Below are positions 37,520-48,611 of a stretch of DNA of 64,000 nt, piece by piece. The notes beneath the pieces are model-generated. The model saw only the letters and a program-made list of their open reading frames with translations, had not been told where the DNA came from and did no database searches. Source of the stretch: Perkinsus chesapeaki ATCC PRA-425 (taxonomy: Eukaryota; Protista; Perkinsozoa); contig JAAPAO010000015.1 in assembly GCA_013115145.1 (NCBI GenBank), forward strand, positions 62,001 to 126,000, given 5' to 3'. A program made the translations under genes and the position numbers. Positions within the stretch are counted from its first letter, which is position 1. Each line of letters starts with the position of its first letter.

Positions 37520-39172
37520 ATGCGTTTCATTTTACCACAAGTCTATCTACTGCTTCATCACATTGCTATTGCAGAGGACTTTGATGCTGGCTGGGATGAT
37601 GATACCGATTATGATGATGACTTCGTGACCCATGAAGGTCGTATCATTCTTTCCTGTCTTGCCCTACTCGCGTTTAGACCATGAAGATCCTGCCGATGAC
37701 ACAGACCAACTGCACATACTGGACAAGGAGGAGATGCGGAGTCTATTTGTTGACCATATTGATACTAACAAGTGATAACTCTTCGGTGGTTGCGATACAC
37801 TGATCGTATAGGGATGGTTTTATCACCTTGGAAGAGATGGAAGATGCATCCCAGAGAGTCGCCAGCCTGGAGGCTCGCCACCAGGTCCTAAATGCGCCTG
37901 TATTAGGCCTCCAGGTTGATTGTTAGATAGAAGCGGAGATGGGTAATATTGACAAGGATGGAGATGGCCTATTAAACTTTGAGGAGTTCATGAGTCTTTA
38001 TGATCTTTCAGAAGGTAATGCCCGCTGGCTGACCCAAACGAACGGATAATCTTTTGTAGGTGGGCCACAGGGAGAGGCCCGAGAGGCTTGGGTGAGTGCT
38101 ACTACTACTACTACTACTACTGCTGCTGCTACAGCGACAGGTCTGACGAGGTTGGTAACGGTGTTGTCAGGTAGAAGGCAATAAGCGTTCTCTGAAGGAC
38201 TTGCTGACGGCGGGGGATGCTGATAAGGACGGCAAACTGGACGTAGACGAGTTCGTACAGCTTCTTTCCCCGCCTCCTGGCTCTGCCCTGGCGAAGGTAG
38301 GATGGGTCATGAACTATGGCTATAGGTGTATCGTTGTTTGCTAGGCTATGATGAAGGCTGAGTTTACTTATAGAGACATGGACCAGGACGGGAAGCTCAG
38401 TTCAAGCGAGAGACACGTTGTAGTAGGGCGTTATTGGATAGCAAGTGACCAGGGACTCAGGAGCAATCTGCTGATGAAGTGGCGGTGGATATCATTAGCG
38501 ACGAGGACTTTGTCAAGTATGACGTTGATGGTAGTGCATTTGGGGCGAGGGGGCAGAGGAGTGCTTTACTACCGTGGGGGATAGGTGATGGATATCTGAG
38601 CTTGGCCGAGTTTGAGGAGTACGGACGGAATCTTATCATGGAGAATTCAGGAATGAGACGGGAGATTTTGGAAGAGATGGATGCTGATAAAGATGGCAAG
38701 ATAAGCGTTGATGAGGTATGCATTTGAACCAACCTATTGCGTATCTTTGCGCACGCGTGCCATTTTAGTTGGAGAAGCTCTTAGAAGAGGAGTCTGAATA
38801 CCATAGTATAGGCACCCACCCACTGGTCCAGGATTGGATCCTACTCTTGCACGAGGTAGTACTAAACAGGGAGCGTCTCCTTACCTTGCTTTAGGGCATG
38901 CGCCATCTTCCGGATGACTTGGCTGCCTTTGAGGACCAAGTATGCCTAGGGTTGGAGATAAGATGTAACCTCTCTATTTTAGGATGATGATGGTATGGAT
39001 GAGGACCGGATTCAAAAAGATGTGCAATATGCAGCAGATCTAGGTCTGAAAATCATACATTCGATCAATGGCAACCCCCTTACCCTCAGGTGCCGAAGTA
39101 GGCTTCTCGGAGGAGGAGGGGGCCTCGGATGAGGTTGATGATATAGCCGCAGATGACGCCGAAGAGCTGTGA
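37520..39172 (+). CDS. Secretory-pathway multi-EF-hand Ca2+-binding protein (CREC/ERC-like)
   Basis: Signal-like N-terminus. EF loops DTNK|DGFITLEE, DKDGDGLLNFEE, DADKDGKLDVDE, DMDQDGKLSSSE and DADKDGKISVDE. The spliced C-terminus ends in AEEL*, a KDEL-like signal. Confidence 0.8.
38099..38128. repeat. (CTA)7(CTG)3 intronic microsatellite
   Basis: Read directly, just after a GTGAGT donor site. Confidence 0.9.
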
Positions 39173-39261
39173 TGAAGTGTGGTGCCATGGTATACGTTTA
39201 CTGTTACCCGGCCGCATCCTTGAGTTAGTAGTCTCTCAATCCATCGGGGAGCTTCGTGGTC

Positions 39262-39760
39262 ATGTCCAGCATGGAGAGAAGTCGGCCTTTGGCTGTCCAA
39301 GTGGAGGAGATCCGCCGCCATACCGAGGAAAGGATGGCCAAAGCTAGACGGTTATTAGCAGAATCAGAAGGTCTGCGAGCTAGAGCGATGAAAGCCGCAG
39401 CTAAGGTGACATCACGGCTGCTGTTGCTGCTGCTGGCAGCCGATAAGTGTGAGAATGCAGTTGGATATTGGGCTTGGTGAGCTGCTGGGTAATGCTAGAG
39501 AGGCTTTAGAGGCAACAGCTGAAGCACATAGGAGGGTATACATGTGGGATGTGTCGGGTTGCGGGAAGTAGTGCTGAATAGGACCTACATGAGATGGCCG
39601 CGGGACAGTGTGGAGACTACTCCTTCATGGCTCGCCAAAAAGAGGCTCGAAGGAGGCGTGTTGAGGTATATCCCCGCATCTTGCATTCACTCAACTTAGC
39701 TGCATATTAGGATATCGTCGCCAATCTGGAGCTATTATATTGTCGTATTACATATATTGA
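39262..39760 (+). CDS. Small coiled-coil hypothetical protein
   Basis: MSSMERSRPLAVQVEEIRRHTEERMAKARRLLAESE... followed by short spliced exons. The end is approximate. Confidence 0.35.
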
Positions 39761-39928
39761 AAGGCAGCTGGGGATAGCAACATCTGATGTCGGCTTGGTG
39801 ATGTAGATGTTACCTTGCTGTACTGTTGATAACCATCATCATGGTCACAGTGATCCATTGTATCCATACCACACTTTGGTTAAATCATCATCTGGGGGTA
39901 TACGTAGGGGATCCACAGACGTTAAAAT

Positions 39929-41280
39929 ATGATGTCTTGGCGTTCATCACTTTCCCGAGCCTTCCGCAGGCAACGTCACCTTATGGAGGCTGCTGCTAAG
40001 TTCACTACAGTCACAGGAGTCTTGGCCGTCTCTGGTGTGGCCGTGGTGGGTGGTACTGTGTTATGTTACGAGACTGCAGGGCCAATGGTAATCAGGAGGG
40101 CTGTGCCAGAGTGAGTGGTATGGGTATCTTGAGCTGTATAGGAATGCCTGTTTCAGGTATGGTAGCTTCCGGGATGATACACCATATGTTGAGGAGACGT
40201 TGGGAGTGCAGTTCCCCACAAAGATAGCAGTTGGTGTGCCTCCCAATCTAAGGTAGTTATCATCATCTGGGCCATGGGGGGGGGGTATCTTTTTCTGATT
40301 AGGAGTGTAATTCCTGTTCAACTTCCCCCACTTGTTCCATTCTTTTTAGCCCCCTTGAGGGATACGTTAATGTGATGGTAATCACCTTCGGTCTGATTCG
40401 TGCTTTAGTAGCGTCGCCTAGGCAGGAGGGATGTGTGGATATGTGGATATGTAGTTTTCGGTAGAAGAGAAGGTCGAGAAAAACTAACAAAAGGAGATGA
40501 TGTTTGCACCTCTAGCGCTTGTCTTTAATCCCGAGAAAGGAGGCTGAGGGATTTTACGGCATTGCTGCTGCTGTTATTGTCAGGTCCCACGTTATAGTGG
40601 GTGCTGCACCGAGATGTATGCAGAACCTGTGCTGGTTTGGTCCGGCTAGAGCATATGCACTAGGTGAGGGTAGAGGGAAGGGAAAGTGAAGGAAGGTCTC
40701 AGGCATTTACATATCGGAGGCACATCTGAACCGGGTTAAGGCCGACGGTGGGTCGGCAGACAGCGTCTTCGCCCCGGCTGTTGAGAAGACTTTTTACTTT
40801 AATTTCATTACTAAGAAGGATTCCAAGTAGCGAGGTTGGCGGCGGCTGTATGGTGCGTAAGAAGGATCCTCCTCCATAGGCATGTCCGACAGGGGTTCGA
40901 GAGATCTATTAACTCCTACCTCGATGTGATAGAGGTGCCAAAAAGGCAGAAGCCGGCCGAGGAGCAGGTGGCCGAGTTCATTGCTGTGCTGAAGGGACGG
41001 GAGCTCCAGAAAGGAGATTACATGGAGGTAGGTGAGCAGCAGGATGGGTAAAGAGGGTTGTCTGGGGTAAAGGTTCAATGCTTGCCAAGTGAGAGGAGAG
41101 TGGTAGTGAAGTTCAATGGTGAGGTGGAAGCTGATATAAGAGGTACTATGGGTAAAGGGTAATGATTGTTATTTAATGTTCCAAATTGACATGGTGGTTA
41201 ATAGTGTGATAGTGGGTGCCTTGGTAGAACTGAGGGGGTTGGGATTATCTGGATCTTACTGGAAGTGAGGAGTTTAGCTC
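39929..41280 (+). CDS. Hypothetical protein with transit-like N-terminus and one TM helix, multi-exon
   Basis: MMSWRSSLSRAFRRQR followed by the hydrophobic TVTGVLAVSGVAVVGGTVLCY. Later exons are protein-like but unassigned. Confidence 0.35.
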
Positions 41281-41530
41281 CTTTAAACTGAACATCAGGC
41301 TGACCACAATAATCGCAATCAATTTAATTCCTATTGATCAATGTATATGGTATACCATCACTCACCACCACCAACGCCAAAACCTCGTACTGTTCCGTAT
41401 TCCATCAGGTACGGTTATCATTCACGCTCTACATGCCATTTACTTTGGCAACCCCACTAGAGGCCCAAAGTACACCTTATCACACTTTAGAAGTTATCGG
41501 ACATCCCGTCATCATCATAGGTACCAAAAC

Positions 41531-42606
41531 ATGACGGATAGGTTCCTTTCTGGAGCCACCAAATCCTTGGCCTCGGACTGACCAATGAGGGCTTTTCTTC
41601 TCCCCCTCCAGCATGCTAGCTGTTACGCGTTTCTGTACCTCCCATCGGCCCTCGAGTTACTTGAGTGCTGTCGATTCCTTCCCAGCTTAGATTTTCCATG
41701 TTGGGCGACCCTCGAGGAGTGTTCGGCGATGGCCATGGGCACGATACCGTTGACGATGAGAAGGAGCTTAGCCCTTCAGACCTAGCAGTTGTGGTAGTGC
41801 CTTTTGTGGGGGCTCAAACCGTCTCTATCTAGGCCGTCTCAGGTAGTATCTGGGCTAGTGCGGCCAGTCCGGCCAGCAGCAGTCACCAAACTCCTCACCA
41901 ATAACAGCGCCGTTCGTATAGTAAGGGAATGGACTGAGCCGGCGAAGAAGGTGGGGGAGAGGTCGAATGGTACGGAGGATCCATACCCTTAGAGCTTTGC
42001 TGTTGTGGAGTACTACGACGAGGCTACGGCAAAGCGAATGGGTAGGAACATCCAGAACACGAAATGGAATCAAGAGCACAAGCTCACGGTTGACTTCCTC
42101 AAGAGGAGCCAGGTAGCGCCCCAGCAGAGGCTCGCGTCATTACTGTGGCTCTTAGTTTTCGGAGGTTGCTATTGACGGCTCAGCATCGGACAGAAAGCGT
42201 GGTGGAACCTCCTCATCTGATGAAGATAGTAAATCGCGGAAACGGCAGGATGGGAGATCCGATGGCGGCCACCATCACAGTGAGACTGACACTCGCGCCG
42301 TGGAGGCTATGGTAGAAGAGAAACAGCGAGTTTTGGATGAGTTGAGGAATGTAAGGAATCCTTGCTCGGCGGAAGGGTCCAGAGATCTGCTGTTTGTCAG
42401 CATAAATTTTTGCCAACCACCTCTGCGTCATCCGGCACAACGCTCCTGTGGATGCCCTGTACGCACAAGCAATCAGAAAAGCTCCAGGCTCAGGTCGGTG
42501 GGGTACCTCCCGCTAGTGGCTAGTATTCCGGCAGATAGCGAAGAACGGCGGCAAGTTCCCGACAATCCCGACGCCAGGGGACTATCCGGCAGTACGAAGT
42601 GATTGA
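41531..42606 (+). CDS. Acinus-like RRM protein, multi-exon
   Basis: VVSGLVRPV...VREWTEPAKK|SFAVVEY...TKWNQEHKLTVDF fits the Acinus RRM pattern (I.NLVRPFT...W.D.IKSHC.V.Y...W...L.VDF). TTSASGTTLLWMPCT resembles the RSB motif. Confidence 0.5.
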
Positions 42607-42759
42607 TCATATCTGACTTGACAATTTATTGAGTACATTTGAACTATTTACCGAGGAGGATACGTTTACTCTATACATATTCTGATGGCCTTTCATTGCA
42701 GTGCATGTTAATCGATAAGGAGGGGTTGTGTCGTAGCAAGCATCACTACTTTTCTCTCC

Positions 42760-45513
42760 ATGCCAGAGAAGTCGGTCAGATGTCTGCGGGTGCCGATGTT
42801 CTTATCATTGCTTTGTCTGATGGATTTGGCAGCATCCCAATTTCAGTGCGATGTGAGGCAGTGAATGTTTGCTATTAGAGAGGTTCATTTACTGGCGGCC
42901 TTACTCAGCCTCTAACGGATCCTTCGTGCTGCAGCGCCGGACAGTATCTGGACGCAGTGCAAGGATGTAAAAACTGTTCTAAAGGAGAGTTTAAGGTGCG
43001 TCAAAATCGACATCGGCAGGATTCGAACCTGCGCGGGCGGAGCCCATTGGATTTCAAGTCCAACTCCTTAACCACTCGGACACGATGTCACTGTGATTAT
43101 GTTCCGTCCTAAGCACTACCTCCATCCTCAGCCACTCCCGGGGCAATCGGCATCTTGCTTCCCCTGCCTCCCTGGATCATTCTCCGACTCTGAAGGACTG
43201 CCATTATGTGAAGCTTGCCCTATCGGAAGTTATGAAGCTGGCACTGGTACGGCAGCATTGCCATGCCTATCCAGAGTCACTGGCCCTACAGTGTCTGGCA
43301 GGTTCATTGCAGTGTACCATTTGCCCTGAAGCCAGCAAGCGGAAGACGACCGGGCCCGGGACACAGTCTGTCCAGGGGTGTGTGTGCAGTGAAGGTTACT
43401 TTGCATCCTGTCCTGAACCCGATGGTCTATGCCCGGTCTATACACCCTCCAACACCACTTATCTTGCACCATGCCAGGAGTGTCCGACAGATATGAACTG
43501 TTTGGGTGGGACAGAGAGACTTGATGGGGTGAGATAGCTATACACTATACCATAGCAATGCTTCCCCAGATTCACTACCACGCCCGTCCGGTAGTGGCTT
43601 CTGGGGCATGGGCAGATCCTGCAGACCCATACAGGCTCCGCAAGTGCATTAGTGGGAAAGAGTGCCCTGGAGGTGGAAACCGTGCTTCGGAGTCTCTGAC
43701 CTCTTGCTAGGTCCTGTCGGCGACCTGTGTTCGGAGCATCGCATTGGTCTCGTTTGTGCAGTTTGTGAATCTGGGTAGTCAGTCTTGTCATACCAACTTT
43801 TTGCTAAAATAGCAGTAGGTTCTATCACAGCAGTGGTGGCTGCGCTGAATGCAGTGGGTCGGACAGCATTATCCTGCCTGTCTTGGTCATTGCGGTCCTC
43901 CTCGTCTATCATTTTACCTATAACCTTATGAACCGAGAGGTCCATCAGGTACCGATGGAATACCATATTTCCGCTACATCACGGCTTCAGGAGGTTACTG
44001 CCGACGTGTCGATAGCAATGTCACTGGGCTCACTGGTGACCTATCTCCAGCTTATCGCTTTGTTCTCCCAAATTGGCTTTGAGTGGTCCAGTGAGGTCGT
44101 CGGCTGGATCCATGTAAATCAGGCTGCGGTGCATGCTCGGCTACTCAGGTTTCTACCTTACTCGACATTGCCAAGGTGTTCCTATTCGACTTTGATATCC
44201 TCCGATTAGAGTGCTTCATTGACGGGTCATATCAAAGCCTTTGGAGATACATTACTGGACTTGCAATTCCTTATGGTCTTATCATGTCAGTCGGCATTCC
44301 TGGACTTGGTTATGCTCGATTAGTCAAACCTTCATTATGATGAGTAGTTTCAAACAAGCTCGATAGTACAGATTAGGTACATATGGCTCTTCTATCTCAT
44401 TGTTAAAGCGTTAACTATAGCAGATAGGCTAGGAATGACCTTGGATAAAAGCATCAATATGACTGGTCAAGTCGGGCTACCCGTCATCACAGTCTAACCC
44501 TCCGAGTCACATGTTAGGTCATATGCGTCATGCTGCTTGCAATGACATCAACCGCAGTGGCTCCCTTCCAGTGTTACTCACATAACGGTCAGGGTGACAA
44601 AAGCCTTGTACGATATCCCGATGTTGTCTGCGGCTCTGGTGACCATCACGTACTTCTCTACCCTCCCTTCTTCCAGAGGGCCATGTGTCCTTCTCAGGTC
44701 ATGATCGCCTTAGCCGTTTTATCCTCAGCGTTCATTGTTGGCTTTCTATTATTCTGCTTCTTTCTCAATCGTTGGGCAGCTGATGAGCTATCTGGTGAAC
44801 GAGGAAAGGTCTTCAGTATCCGTTACAGGTTCTTGTTCTATCGTATGCGGCAGGATCGGTATCAGTTTGGCCTGTGGCTGATGCTCCGTAACGTGGTCCT
44901 GGCCTTGGTACCAATTGTTAGACCAGACGATCCCTATCTAAAGCTTGTTCTCTTCACGCTCTGTGGGGGCGCTGGTCTCGGCATCCAGTGCTTCTTCTGG
45001 CCGTGGCGGACAAGCATGGCCAACGTGTGTGATCTCCTTTGTATGCTACTTATCGTCTTTGTGGCATCTGCTGCCTCATTCTTCATACCAGAGCTCGTTA
45101 GTGTCGGCCCCGATGGGTATAAGATAGCGCTGATTGTCCTTTTCTTCGTGGGTCTAGCTTACCTACTCCTCCAGTTGGCTTACTTTCTTTACCTCCTTTG
45201 GGATCGAGGCCCTTTGGGTGTTATATGTGATGATGTTGACCTAAGACATGAGCTCAATGGTTTATGGAACAAAGTGATGCTCGTCTCGTCAAAGAACAAA
45301 TCTGGCTACGACTTCACCGAAGAAATGAACCAGTACGAGTTGAGCCGCCTTTCTCTCCTCCTCGGTGAGAAACCTCCAACAACTTGCCTTTTTGCCTTTG
45401 CAGATGCTTTCAGATGTGATATCCCGCCATATCCTATTGCAGCCGCCTGCGGACACAACTCCTCCTCGTCGGCGAGGTCTAGTGAGACAGCTGACTATGG
45501 GCAAAGCTCATAG
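42760..45513 (+). CDS. Signal peptide + Cys-rich (CxxC, ephrin-receptor-like/GCC2-GCC3) ectodomain + multi-TM protein (CRMP-like)
   Basis: MFLSLLCLMDLAASQ, repeated CxxCxxGxF/Y units (CKNCSKGEFK, CFPCLPGSF, CEACPIGS), and a TM region with RYRFLFYRMRQDRYQFGLWLMLRNVVLALVP and WPWR. Confidence 0.7.
43008..43089 (-). tRNA. trnS-UGA: tRNA-Ser, anticodon TGA
   Basis: GACATCG acceptor pairs with CGATGTC. D-arm TGTCCGAGTGGTTAAGGA, anticodon loop CTTGAAA, long variable arm, T-loop GGTTCGAATCC. TTTT lies just downstream. Confidence 0.97.
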
Positions 45514-45682
45514 AGTCCATTATGAACGAGGAAGGACAATGATGACTAGACGAGGCTCTTCAGTCATCGTCACATGAGTTTAATTAATCGGCATGTTGAT
45601 GATGTTATCTCTTCAAGCGATGTGTTCCACTTTAGGAAATGCATGATGCTGTATCTTAGTGTTGGCTTATTACGCAAAGACG

Positions 45683-46429
45683 ATGTCCGTCGCCGATAGA
45701 GTTGATAAAGAACTCGATCTTCTCAAAGTGACGAAGGTTAATACGAAGAAACAGCCTAAGAGCTGTCCCCTCTGTCACAAGATATTCTCCAAGTTCGCTG
45801 GTGAAAATCAGCAGAGGCGCCACATTGACGCCTGTCGTAAAAGGAAAGGCATCGCATCCCTTCCGACACCACAAGCTCAAGCGCCGCCGCCGACCGATAA
45901 GACCAAGTCCGGCAAAGAGTTCAACTTTAAGCGCTTGAGTCTGACTGCAGAGTTCGAGAGGCTCGCCAGGGAAAGAGCAGTGCCGCTTGATTGCCTCATC
46001 AACGGAGCAACCAGTCTAGGCAACCCGGAGGAGGTTAACACGTATAGATCGCGTATCTTGAAAGATACGCGTGACCTCGCTGCTAAGGTTAGACAATTGG
46101 CATCGGAGACGAGGCCTCTAGTAGAGAGTCTTGGCTGGGCTCGATACTTCCCTAGGGCGGCCTTTAATTGGGGCTTCCAGTCCTACGTTGCCGGCGACCG
46201 CATGCTCCTCGGCAGGGCTTGGCAGCAGAGGTGTCGGCAACGACAAAGCGACCTACTGGACCTCAACACCGATCCTCGGTGTGTCGTGGCTCTGTCGGTT
46301 ATCGACCTATCAACTGCATTCGCCGAGCTAGAGTTCCGCTACCATAAGCCACGGGAACGTCTGAATACCAGACGCCGAGAGAATAATAAAATGAAGAAGA
46401 AAATGATGGCCGTGAAGACGGAAGGATGA
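45683..46429 (+). CDS. Protein with UBZ4-type zinc finger
   Basis: CPLCHKIFSKFAGENQQRRHIDAC (CxxC...HxxxC) within a 249-aa open frame. Confidence 0.55.
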   Translation: MSVADRVDKELDLLKVTKVNTKKQPKSCPLCHKIFSKFAGENQQRRHIDACRKRKGIASLPTPQAQAPPPTDKTKSGKEFNFKRLSLTAEFERLARERAVPLDCLINGATSLGNPEEVNTYRSRILKDTRDLAAKVRQLASETRPLVESLGWARYFPRAAFNWGFQSYVAGDRMLLGRAWQQRCRQRQSDLLDLNTDPRCVVALSVIDLSTAFAELEFRYHKPRERLNTRRRENNKMKKKMMAVKTEG

Positions 46430-46775
46430 TGAGCACCTTCCGATCCGGCCTTGAGTTACTTAGGCACCGTAGCCTCCATGAATACGAGGTAGTCACATAG
46501 TGGCCCCGTGGCTTCGGTCCTCCTAGGGGGACCTTCAATGCTTACTTCTCACTGTCCATGTGCGTGCCCGATTGGATACGACAGAAAAAGGCCTTGTGTT
46601 GGATTATTTTCAACCTCCTTTGAGTGGTAGGATTCTCGGTCCCCTTCCGATCATGGACAACATCAAGTTTGATGATGAGCTTGTTGAAGAAGACCCCGAG
46701 CAGTAAGTGGCGGTCGGATAGTATGCGGCATGATGCCCCTCCAGTGTGGTCATCCACCGCCCAACATATCCAACC

Positions 46776-48388
46776 ATGGCGGACGTTGACGGAGGAGGTC
46801 TCGCTGAAGGTGATGATGATGATGCTGAGGAAAGAGGCCTTGCATCGAGCATCGACTATAACCAAGTCCCTACTTACCCTGAGAGACCGACCTTTGAATC
46901 CAAGCCCCTACCTCTACGATACGAGACACAGTGTAGGTTGCGATCCCATCAAAAGATGTGGTTCAAGCCAGCAACTACTCTGAGCCAGGATCTGGGAGCT
47001 CTCTATCTATCCTCCTGTCGTAGGTGTTGCATTCGACCCCTGCAAGTCTGACCCTAACCATCCATCAAGCATGCCGATATATCAGACAGCTACGTTCGTG
47101 CAGCCCAGCATTGAAAGATTTGGTCCATACGATTACACCAGGTCCGGAAACCCAACTCGAACTGCCGTCGAGCAACTGTTGGCTGGTAAGCGTCACGGCG
47201 CTCTTCACCAGTGAGCCTCACTTTCTGCCAGGTCTGGAAGGAGCTCATGCAGCGTTCTCCTTCAATACCGGAATGGCCGCTCTAGCTGCCGTCACTAAGC
47301 TATGTGATGCTGGTGATGAAATCATCTGCGGTGACGACATCTATGGCGGGATGCATCGGTACGATCGCACCGCTATCGACACACGTCGTATTACTGATCC
47401 ATTCCAGATTACTCAGCCGCATTATCAAACGGTACAACATCAAGGTGCACTTTGTTGACTTGAGCGATACCAGCGCGGTGGCCGCAGTGCTATCGGACAA
47501 GACACGCATAGTGCATTGTGAGAGCCCTTCAAACCCCCTTATGAGAATCACCGACCTTCGAAGGTGGGAGCTGATCACGCGAGATGCTCTCCATTTGCTG
47601 CCTTCAGACTCTCCGCCCAACTAAAGGCATTTTCTTCTCGCATCATCCTCTCGGTTGACAGCACCATGATGAGTCCTTATTGGATGCAGCCTCTTCGTTT
47701 GGGTGCTGATGTGGTGGTTCACAGCGCCACTAAATTCCTATTGGGGCACAGTGACACCATGGCGGGCTTCGTTTGCACGTCGACGCAGCAGTTGAGCTCC
47801 GCAATTGCCTTCGTGCAAAATGCAGAAGGCACGGCTTGCTCGCCATTCGACTGCTGGCTCATCTTAAGAGGACTCAAGACGCTTTGTATCCGCCAGGACA
47901 GAGCTGAAGAAAACGCTCAGAAGGTCGTGGCATTCCTAGCCAACCATCCGATCGTTAGAGAGGTAAGGAGATGTCTTCCACGGTCCACATGTTCCACCTA
48001 GGTCTACTATGCCGGTTACTGTCCGCCCGACGGTTCAGAAAAGCAACGGGAGAACCAGCGCATACATTTGAGCCAGGCCCGATCGGGCGGTGCAGTGCTT
48101 AGTTTTACAACAGGAAGCGTTCGACTATCACGAAAGATATGCGATGCTGTCCACCTTTTTAAGATCACCGTATCGTTTGGGTCCTGTAATTCCCTTCTTG
48201 AGATGCCTTGTGTGCTTTCGCATGCATCTATACCGGCAGAAATGCGTACCCTGCCTGAGGATCTGCTCCGACTAAGCATCGGAATCGAGCACTACGAAGA
48301 CCTTATAGCTGACCTCGACCAAGCCTTCCGTGCTGCTTTGCTGCCAAACAGTAAGGTACCGAAAGACAAACCCTCTGCTGACCGATGA
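46776..48388 (+). CDS. Cystathionine beta-lyase (Cys/Met PLP-dependent family), multi-exon
   Basis: PIYQTATF, YDYTRSGNPTR, GMAAL, DDIYGG, ESPSNP, VDSTMMSP, HSATKFLLGHSD (PLP lysine) and LRLSIGIE. The start may extend to 46653. Confidence 0.88.
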
Positions 48389-48611
48389 GGTATGCGATGA
48401 TAGCCTAACGGCCGCCGCATAGAAGATGCTTGTGTCGTGCCTGTGTGACCGATAGAAAGTTCTGTTTTCCTCACACAAGTCCATAGAGTTGTGCACACTG
48501 AAGTTTTGTTAATACACAACCCGCATGAGCTCCAATGGAGCTGCTCCATCCCTCTCCTTACGCTTGCCGCGACAGTGATGTTCGCATTCCGAGCCCCTCG
48601 GTTCGGTGGCA

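Noticed and set aside
39929-40260. Dihydroorotate dehydrogenase identity (transit + TM + LGVQFPTKIAV)
   Set aside because: The resemblance is weak. The GLAAGFDK and NVSSPN motifs were not found.
43008-43089. Opal suppressor or Sec tRNA
   Set aside because: Anticodon TGA reads TCA (Ser). A suppressor would need anticodon TCA.
46467-46475. Spliced-leader relic (ACCGTAGCC; also GGCTCAAG on the minus strand near 16160 and 55830)
   Set aside because: Only 8-9 nt match, the remainder of the SL is absent, and two of the hits lie within gene models.
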